Part shown: positions 28,701 through 36,952 of the stretch, piece by piece
Position numbering within the stretch: the first letter of the stretch is position 1
How the letters are laid out: every line of letters starts with the position of its first letter
Translations under genes and position numbers: made by a program
Assembly (NCBI GenBank): GCA_905178155.1
Contig: CAJINV010000006.1
Location: 51,552 to 88,503, forward strand
Direction: 5' to 3'
DNA: 36,952 bases
DNA from: Amoebophrya sp. A120
Lineage: Eukaryota; Protista; Dinoflagellata
The notes under the pieces: generated by a model
What the model saw: only the letters and a program-made list of their open reading frames with translations
What the model was told of the DNA's origin: nothing
The model's database searches: none

Positions 28701-31700
28701 TCAATATGGGGAGGGGGCATTTTTCCTCACAATACGGGCGGACGTCGCGTCGCTGCACCGTCTCCAGCGTCTTGCACCGCTTGGTGAGCACGCCGTCGAG
28801 GTCCTTCAGGACTTCCCTCACAATGTCGTCTTCCCCGATATCCGGAGTAAAAACGTCCCCACACCAGAGTCAAGATGGGAAATCTGCTAGACAAATCAAC
28901 CAGCTTTGGTTGTTTCGCATGACAAGTTTGTCCTTGTAGTGTACTCCTGTTTAGCTAGTGCAGCAGCATCACAGATCTAGCATATCATGCTGATTCTAGC
29001 ATCACAAAATCCAGAGCACAACTTTAGAAAACGCTTCTTATGGGGCTTCGCATGAGAAACTTTTTTGGCATGCAGATTCGCATGACAACTCTGGGGTGGA
29101 GCGTTTTTACTCAGAATACCCGATTTCTTCCTCCGCCATCAGGTCCAGCAGATCATCCAGAGGCCGACTTTCGATTTCGTTCTCCTCGAATAGTTCCTTC
29201 TCCTCGAGCCACTCGCGAAAGAAGCTCTGAAACTGCCCGAAGTCCGTTTCTCCCTCTTCGTCCACCTTCGATTCCAAATTGATAAAGTCCAGCAGCAGGG
29301 ATTTTTTCGGCTTCAATACCTGCGGCACCAGGGTCAGCCCCTCGTCGTCGGACCAGTACGCGTCCGGCTCTTCGGCCGGAAACACCTTCGGAGATTCGCG
29401 GACCACGGTGGAATAGCGGACTTTTTTCATTTCCCCGGTCACCGGGTCATACTCAGTGAAAATGCCCCTTTTTTCTTCGGAATCTTCCTCGTCGTCCTCC
29501 TCTTCGTCGTCACCCGATTGTTCACTGCTGCTGCTGCTACTTGCGGCACTGGTAGCTGCGGTGGTTGTGTAAGAACACTTAATATTCGTTCCTCCACCAC
29601 CGTTCTTTGTGCGAACCTGCGGGTCGGGATACTTCGGGGAAGCGTTGAACTGCAGCACAATTTTTCCCTGTCCGTGTTGCCCACGGCCGGATGTAGGTTT
29701 TTTATCTTGTTGTGTTTGTGATGAAACAACAGGAACTACAGCAACTGCACCTACTACGTGTCCCCCCCGCTGCTGTTCTCCAGTAGATGTTGGTCCTTTT
29801 TCTGCATCGTGAAGTAGATCTACTTCCTGATCGTCCGGCTTTGATGTCCTTTTCAGAATCGGCTTCGCTACCGCCGTCTTTTTCACCAAGTGCTGTTGCT
29901 TTTTCGGCACTTTTGTGACCAGAGCGGCGCTGAGACTCGGGTACTCTTCTTCATCGATTTTGTTCAAGCTCATCAAAATCTCGTCCGGCTCTGGGTCTTC
30001 GTCAAGGTCGCAAGGGGGCGGGTATTTGATTTGTTTTTTCATTTTCTTGGCGGCGTTGCTGCTATTTTGGATATTTTCTCCCAGTTCGGGATGTGGAATC
30101 ACAGGGGTCGTTTTTGGTTTTGCTGCTTGCGCCGCACCTGCACCTTTTTTGTTCATCCCGCCCTTGTGGAGTACGTCGGCTTTATTTGCATTGGACAGAG
30201 TCTGCGCTGCACTTGGGGGGGCGAAGGCCGTGGGTTGATTACTTTTTCCCGCAGAAACGGTAGAGGACGAACAACTCGAAGGGGCCGCTTTGGATGTGGT
30301 CTCTTTACTTGCGACTGCTGCGCCGCCCTTGGTGTAGTTCTGTGCACCAGCCCCAGCAGTAAATGTAGTCCTCGTTTCGCCCATAGTCGTACAGCTCGAG
30401 CTGCTAGCGGAGCAACTGCTGCTACTCGTGGTCCCCGGAAAACAAGCACGCTGGGCAGCGGCCGCTGTCGTCTCTACTGCCGTTGGAAGCAGAAGCGGGA
30501 GGGGGGGCGGCAAGGGGGGCGGCGGCCGTTTCGGCGGCGGCATCGGAGGTGGGGTTAAAGTCATGAAATCCAGGGTCGGGCTTGCGTATCAAGTGCAAAA
30601 ATGTCTGGGTCTGGAAGAATGCATGTTTGTCATGCTTGTCTGGTATGACTCTTAAATCTGTCATGCACGTTAATACCCAAGAGCTCCACTTTTCTGTCAT
30701 GCAGAAACGCAGTTTATCATGCAGAATAGGCAAAACACCTAGAAGCTCAGAAACTTGTCATGCTGTGCCAGCACATGTTGCCTCCCCATGATACGCCACC
30801 CAGCATCACAAGTTTCCAGACCGAGACATTTTTGCATTTGATACTGCAGATGGATGAACAATTGCGGATTTATATTGCTCTTTCGCCTTCACGACATCGT
30901 CGACCCGGGCAGGTGCACTCGAGGACGCCACCGTCGCGGGGGTTTGGTCCGCTTGCTGCTGTTATGCATTGCAAACATTTCTTGGTCTGGAAGAGTGCAA
31001 CGGTTGTCATGTTGCACATTTTGCATGACCCATGATGTCTATGATACATGCCCTCGCATCACAGATTATGCGAGGGCTTATTTCTGATGCCTATTCTGCA
31101 TGAGAAATGCCCTGCTCTCCACGTAACACGAACTGGACTCCTCTTTCTGGTCGCGCAATACAGATTTTTTTAGAATCTAAAGACAGCATCACAAGCTGCA
31201 ACCTTCCAGACGTCCAGGGATATTTGCATTTGATAGCTGTAGGGCGGTTTTCGTTTTCGTGCTGTAGTGCTGATCTTCCAATGTACCGCTTGGTAGCTGG
31301 TGCAGGAGCCCTTGTTCGGGTGCAGATTTCGCTTTCGACACTTGCTCCATCTGGGCGGCCAGGAGATGGTGGTTCTTCATGTCGGGCGCCGAGCAGTCGG
31401 AAGCTTTGTTTTTGTTCTTACTGGTTGGTTCTTTTTTCGTCTTTTTTTCCCTTTCCGTCGCTGATGACACTGCAGCAAGCAGTCGCTCCACATCTTCGGC
31501 AGCGAAATTGTAGTCTTCATCTGCTCCTCCGCCGCCGGCGGCGCCCAAAAAATAGGCCTCGGAATAATGACTAGGCAGTCCTTCTGCAGTGGCGTGAAAG
31601 AGATCTTTTGCGGCCGAAGTTCCTTCTGCATTGTCTTTATCCCAAGTAGCGTAGCTATAATTGTACAGGGCTTCCAGCCAGCTCTGATCCGCCCACCAGG

Positions 31701-33431
31701 CTTCATCTTTGTCGGCCTCGTCTTCCTTCTTTCCTGACTGCTTTTTCTTGTCGGCCTTGACTTCCTTCTTTCCTGACTGCTTTTTGCTTTTCTTCTCGGG
31801 AGGTTTATCCTCTCCGGGAACAAGAGAGAAAGGAGTGGGGAATTCCCACTCTACCGTGTCCGCTTGTTCTGTCCACTTCTGCGCGTTTTTCTCGTACCAG
31901 TCCCGATCATCTTTTTTAGCCGCAGGAGGTGCAGCAGCTTCTGAATGTTGAGGAGCAACTTCTGCGGTGGATTTTTTCTTTTTCTTGTTCAACAAGGTCG
32001 TGCTTTGATGTTGGTGGTCTTGTGAATCGTGGTGTGATGCAGCTGCTGCATTCGGGTAATCGCTAGCGGAAAAAGTAGTAGAGCTTGGTGCGAGGTAGTT
32101 ATAAACCGCCTGTTGTAGTTGCTCTTCCATGTAGTTCCAGGCATCATCTTGTTCCGGGTTTTTTAGTTCTCGGCTGCTGGTGGGCTTAGTATGATTTTCA
32201 TGCACTTCTTCGACACCATCCGCTTTAACTTCCGTCTTCAGTGGTCTACCCTTGCTGTGTTTTTTTTCCGGCCGAGTCGTGGTTTGATTTGTGGTGGTTT
32301 TCGTTTTGTTTGTCTTTGTAGCGGGAGATGAACTTTTTCTCGTTTGTTCTTTCTTCTTTTCCGATTTCTCTTCTTTTGTCTTCGCTTTCTTTGCCGTTGC
32401 TTGTGGTGGAAGTTCTAAACCAGGAGGGTGTGGTAGTAGCAGAGGATTCTTGATGTTCACTTCCTCCGGGCGTGGGGCTCTAGTACTTTTCGTTGCAGTG
32501 GGTACACTTGTGGTCTTTGCAGTTTTATTGCACTTTGACGTACTCGTTCTCGTCGTGGTCCCACCTCCTTCCACCAGAGATAGCTGCTGAGCCAAGATGT
32601 CGTCTGCCGCGGTGCTGCTACTGTGCAAGAACTTCTGCGGAGCTGTCGTTTTCATTGCGCTTGTTCTTTCCTCTGCTTGAAGTTTTGCTCCGCCAACAGC
32701 TGCGGTCGTATGCGGCCAATGCTGTTCTTCCGCAGCCTCTTGTCCACCAGGCGGTCCACCTTTGGAACAACCGGCCGCCGTATCAAATGCAAAAATGGCT
32801 GGGTCTGCAAACTTGTGATGCTGAATTGCGCATGATTGAAGCGGCGCTTCCAATGGCAGCCAAGCATGACAAGTTTTTGAGACGCCTGCTGATGCCTAGC
32901 ACGCATTACAATATATGCGTTTTTGCGTGACAGAGAAAGCCTCTCTTCTATGCCACGAATGCATGACACGCATTACAAGTTCCACTTTTCCAGACCCAGA
33001 CATTTTTACATTTGATACGCCGCTGCTGCGGCCCAATAGTCCCCTGCCTGCTCCGCGTAGTCCTCTTTCGCCCACTGGTCCGCGAGGTTTTTCGCGGCCC
33101 ACCACGCCGCGTCATCATTATAGCCCGGGTACGTTTGCTGGTTTTGCTGGAGCCAGTACCGCTGTTGAGCTAGGAATAAACTGTGATCGGGGTCGTGGGT
33201 GTTCCACGCCGGGAGCTGCCCATAGTTGTTGCTATACGTCGCGTGGTGCGCCGTGGTCCCCGGCGCCGGAGGTCCTCCAGGCGATGGATAGAGGCCCGGG
33301 GGGACGGTTGGGAAGGCGTGCGGGGGATGATGAAGCTCGGGGTAGGTGGGCGGGGGCAGTAGAGCTGCGGGGGGCGGGGGAGGAGGAGCCGGAGCTGGCG
33401 GAGGCTTTCGGCCCGGGCTAGCGGGTGTCAT
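25780..33431 (-). CDS. Ankyrin-repeat protein (~1560 aa) with a long low-complexity N-terminus; 12 exons and 11 introners
   Basis: Exons 33431-33018, 32775-31236, 30957-30844, 30581-29119, 28833-28735, 28405-28293, 28126-27900, 27630-27551, 27291-27188, 26919-26874, 26588-26533 and 26206-25780 total 4683 nt, ATG to stop with no internal stops. Ankyrin motifs: GRCVMHYAAQKGN, GWAPLHYAAYFGNRVSCDRLVQLGADID, GKTPFDYA. Confidence 0.88.
26212..26532. mobile_element. Introner family B
   Basis: Family B TIRs; TSD TGGTC. Confidence 0.92.
26594..26873. mobile_element. Introner family C
   Basis: Perfect 28-bp TIR TATCCTGAGTAAAAACGTACCCACACCA; TSD TCCCG. Confidence 0.95.
26925..27187. mobile_element. 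Introner family A
   Basis: TSD AGCTT; close relative of the elements at 15569 and 30587. Confidence 0.92.
27297..27550. mobile_element. Introner family A
   Basis: Family A TIRs; TSD CTTCA. Confidence 0.92.
27636..27899. mobile_element. Introner family A (inside an ankyrin repeat)
   Basis: Family A TIRs; TSD GGACC. Confidence 0.92.
28132..28292. mobile_element. Introner family E
   Basis: TATCCTGTGCAAATGTATCG...CGATGCTTTTGCAATTCATA; TSD CCGAT. Confidence 0.9.
28411..28734. mobile_element. Introner family B
   Basis: Family B TIRs; TSD CGGGC. Confidence 0.92.
28839..29118. mobile_element. Introner family C
   Basis: Family C TIRs; TSD CCCGA. Confidence 0.92.
30587..30843. mobile_element. Introner family A
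   Basis: Family A TIRs; flanks TTGCG/CTGCA (diverged). Confidence 0.9.
30963..31235. mobile_element. Introner family A
   Basis: Family A TIRs; TSD GCTGT. Confidence 0.9.
32781..33017. mobile_element. Introner family A
   Basis: Family A TIRs; TSD CGCCG. Confidence 0.92.
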
Positions 33432-34687
33432 TTTTCTGCAGAGTATTGATAGTACTACTCTATTGCTACTCAGTAAAACGATGTCCTACTCTACTGCTAC
33501 TCTACCCACATGCTTCTAGCGCAACTCCTCTTCTTCTTCTTTATGTGAGAACAAGAAGTCGTACGTAGCAGGGCGGCCCGGACCAGCAGCGTCGCTCCAG
33601 TGCTGCCAGTCTTGTCTGAAAAAGCTCGCCTTTAACGGAATCGCGCGCGCCTGGCCAGGTTTCCGGCCGTCTATCTCGCCGACGGCCGCCAAAGCTGTTC
33701 TATTTTGCCCCACTTTAAAAATAATAGCGAATTGGAATTGTAGAAAATTTTCTTTCACATCACATTTGTCTTGCTGTTTCTTTGTTCCACATGATGTTCT
33801 GCACGCTTTTCCTACTACTTCCGGTCGCTGGAGTCGAGACAAATTGAAAATCAGGTTCATACGGAGAAAATCAAGGCGTTGTTCTACGTGAGAGCTCGCA
33901 TAGGTCGATCCCTGACTTATGGAGGATCAATAGGTTAGTATAGCGGCGACAACAGAAGATCAAGAGCCGGTGGAACGTTCAAGAACTTTTCGTTTTCATC
34001 CCTATAATAAGTAGTCCTACGAAGTCTGACGCTCAGATCTTGACGCAATGCTGGATCTCTACTAAATAGGCACACAGTTCTTGTCTCAGTCTCGTCCGAA
34101 AAGATCGTGCCGAGCCACGTCCACTTGTTTTCGATCATTCTGCAGAACGTAAATAAATCAAAGTAAAGGAAATAAGATCCTGTCTTAGGTCTTTTATGGG
34201 TATCGTGAAGATCTTCACCTTTCTTGGGGGAAACTTATGGTTTTTTTCGGTTTTTGACTTGCTTTCTATATAGTACCGCTGGAGTGTAACTGCTCCTTCA
34301 TGATCTTCTTCAACACGGATCACGCTGCAGATGTGTAATCTCGGTAGAAGGACACAGACAGTGCTGTACTCTATGTACTTTATCTTTCTAATTTCGGACC
34401 TCGCGGGAAAAGCTATGTCCATGTGTCACCAGCAGGAAAAATCATCAAAAATGGGCCACAGCCAAAGGATGACAAAGCCTGTACAAGTTCGAGCTATTGT
34501 ACTTGTTATTTCTGATGGTTATACGCGCAACATCTACTTTTTTTTTTTCACAGCATCTCGCATTTGACATCGCTTTCTCTACCAAAAAAATGTAGACTGC
34601 CCGCGCCTGTTCGTTTTACTGAATGGCAGCACAGCGGTGCTAGTTTCGTGTTTATTTTTCTGCAACACCAGCGTCAGTGCTGTGTCG

Positions 34688-36480
34688 TTACAGCAATTTT
34701 GCCAACACGACCGGCGGGGTGTCTTTTAGGCCGGTGGCTGTGTTTGCCCCGGGGTGTCTCCAACACGTGACGTTCAGTTTGGGTAGTTTCTTGTTGGTGG
34801 AAAGCGGAGGAGAGGACGAGACAGCAGCTGCAGCCCCGGTTGATCCTGATTTTGTTCTCTCTTTTTCGCGTTCGAAGTCGAAGTCAAAGAGGACGGTGAA
34901 GAGGGTGACGATCCCGTCTGGCCGCGTCCGGTAAATTGGAAAAGGCTTCTCCGTATCAACTGCAAATGTGTCTGGGTCTGGAAGAGTGTAAACTTGTCAT
35001 GCAGGTTTTTCATGAGCCCTGGGTCTAGAATGCGGGACCTAGCATGACAGACTCTGTGAGGTGGTCTCTGTCATGCCGATCCTGCATGAGAACAAACTCG
35101 GTCCCAACTTGGTCGAAAGTGGGCAGCTTTTGGCACTCATGCAACACAAATTTTTGCATGATTCGGATTTAGCATGACAAGTTGCATTCTTCCAGACATC
35201 CAGGGATATTTGCAATGCATACTCCATATCTGACATTACATCCAGCACTTCTTCCACCGTGTACGAAGGTTGTTGCTGGGAAGAAGCGAGCACCGTCTGA
35301 TCATTACCATCCGGCGGCCCCCGCGCGTACTTTTCCGTGAACTGCTTGGTTCGCTTGCACGGGCCGGGGTTTGTGGATGCGGGGTTGAAAAAGGACGCTC
35401 CGGAAGCTACCGACTTCGCGTTCGTTCCTCCGTTGCCCTGGTTCTTGTTCTCCGGCCTCTTGCAGTCGCGGTTGTATCGGTTGCCATGGAAGAGGTAGGG
35501 AACCACCGGCGGGTCGGCGACGGTCGGCGTACTAGACCCGGCCCCCGTTCTCTTCACTTCGACGATGTTGTGGTAGTTTCCGGGGCCCATTTCCGTGCTG
35601 AGCACGGTTTGTTCCCGCACGGTATGGATTGCAAACATGTCTGGGTCTGGACGATTGCCAGATTTGTCATGCAGGTTTTCCATGGCCCATGAGCTCTGGC
35701 ATGGAGGACATAGCATGACAGATTCTGCGAGACCTTCCTCATGCCTATCCTGCATGAGAAACTGCCTCCCGATTAGGTCAAAAGTGCACAACTTTTGGCA
35801 ATCACGCAACACAGTTTTTCGCCTGAATCAGATTTAGCATGACAAGCTGCAATCTTCCAGACCCAGACATATTTGCATTTGATACACGGAGCCGATGTTC
35901 AAATTTTGCCCGAAGGCGAGGCCATCTATCCTGAGTAAAAACGTACCCCCACGACCATAGTCAAGATGGGGAACCGGCTAGACAAGTCCACGAGTCTTGG
36001 CTGTTTTGCATGACAAATGTGGAATCGCAGCGTAGTGCTGTTTGAGGTAGTCTAGGAGCATCACAAATCTATTATATAATGCTGAGTGGCGCATTACACA
36101 AATTCCAAAACACAACTAGGAAATCATGCTTCTCATGGGGCTCCGCATGACAAACATTTTGGGGCCCAAAATGGGCATGCAGATTTGCATGACAACTCTG
36201 GCATGGGGACGTTTTTACACCGGATACCATCGTGCTTGTTGTCATTCGTTTTCTCGATCGGGTCCCAGACAGACTCGGAGAACGCGAAATCGCGGCTCGC
36301 GATGGCTACGCACGACTGAAAGGGGTCCACAAGGTTCTGACACGCCGCGTCCACGTCGTGGTAAACCAAACAGGGGGACTGCGGGAAAAGAAAGTTGATG
36401 CTGTAGGCGACGCCGGCGGTGTTCCAACAGGGTCCCCAGCCCGGCAAGGTGTGGGGGTGCACAACTTGTTTCCCTCTTCC
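34688..36480 (-). CDS. Hypothetical protein, 3' part, 3 introners; 5' end not resolved
   Basis: Exons ~36480-36227, 35921-35885, 35617-35222 and 34948-34688 join in frame: ...NKHDGLAFGQNLNIGSVREQTVLSTEMG...MSDMEKPFPIYRTRPDGIVTLF...VVLAKLL*. Confidence 0.65.
34954..35221. mobile_element. Introner family A
   Basis: Family A TIRs; flanks CTCCG/CTCCA. Confidence 0.9.
35623..35884. mobile_element. Introner family A
   Basis: Family A TIRs; TSD CACGG. Confidence 0.92.
35927..36226. mobile_element. Introner family C
   Basis: Family C TIRs; TSD CCATC. Confidence 0.92.
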
Positions 36481-36648
36481 TCATTTGTCATGCAAAACCC
36501 TAAATCTGGTCGCGTTGCATAGCTGCCGCGTGGCACTGTTTGCATGACAAATTCCGGAACCCGAAGTAGTACTGCACTAGAAGGGCGCGCGGACTTGTCA
36601 CGCATAGGCTTCAAACGTGTTGGCGTTTGCCTTGCTGTTCATTCCATT

Positions 36649-36952
36649 GCAGGGCTCCGGGCGCAGCAACATGCGGCAAGGGCTTGCGGAATCTTGAAGA
36701 CAGTCGCCCCGGGTCCCTACGTATCCCCGCCAGTATACGCAGGCAACCGAAAGGGGTCGCCGGCATCGCTCCGGGCGCCATAGCATGCGGGAAAGGGTGC
36801 CCAGGTCTTGGAAATTGCCTCCCTTGGTTCCTATGTATATCGGCGCGTATACGTAGGCAAAACGCCAGGCACTCCGCGCAGGGCCCCGGGCGCAGCAACA
36901 TGCGGCAAGGGCTTGCGGAATCTTGAAGACAGTCGCCCCGGGTCCCTACGTA
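36649..36952 (+). repeat. Direct repeat with 229-bp period (possible start of a tandem array)
   Basis: 36649-36723 recurs at 36878-36952 (one mismatch), running to the window end. Confidence 0.8.

Noticed and set aside
55-36926. Many short ORFs sharing peptides such as FQTQTFLHL, KMSGSGR and IWGGGIF
   Set aside because: These are translations of introner TIRs, not a protein family.
1-36952. Autonomous transposase or recombinase for the introners
   Set aside because: No DDE, tyrosine-recombinase or HUH motifs were recognised, and no long element with TAT...ATA ends was found.

Overview
This window is eukaryotic DNA, most likely from a syndinian dinoflagellate (Amoebophrya-like); that call rests on the introner signature. 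The host genes lie on the minus strand and are broken up by 37 complete and 4 partial 150-350 bp elements of about 7 families. The elements share TAT...ATA termini and terminal inverted repeats (TIRs), and nearly all have 5-bp target-site duplications (TSDs). Removing each element plus one TSD copy by hand restores open frames with no GT-AG introns: an alpha/beta hydrolase, a ~1087-aa unknown protein, a ~1560-aa ankyrin-repeat protein and a partial gene. The elements therefore behave as non-canonical, orientation-independent introns (introners). The window also holds an intact APE-RT non-LTR retrotransposon with a Zn-finger insertion in the RT, and a small retrocopy. The most unusual structure is an array at 1929-7260, where four identical 36-56 bp direct repeats separate three unrelated 1.6-1.8 kb captured DNA cassettes: a Gly-rich ORF fragment, a deleted Ty1/copia pol, and an unspliced copy of the neighbouring hydrolase gene. 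All coordinates and translations were worked out by eye; no database searches were run.
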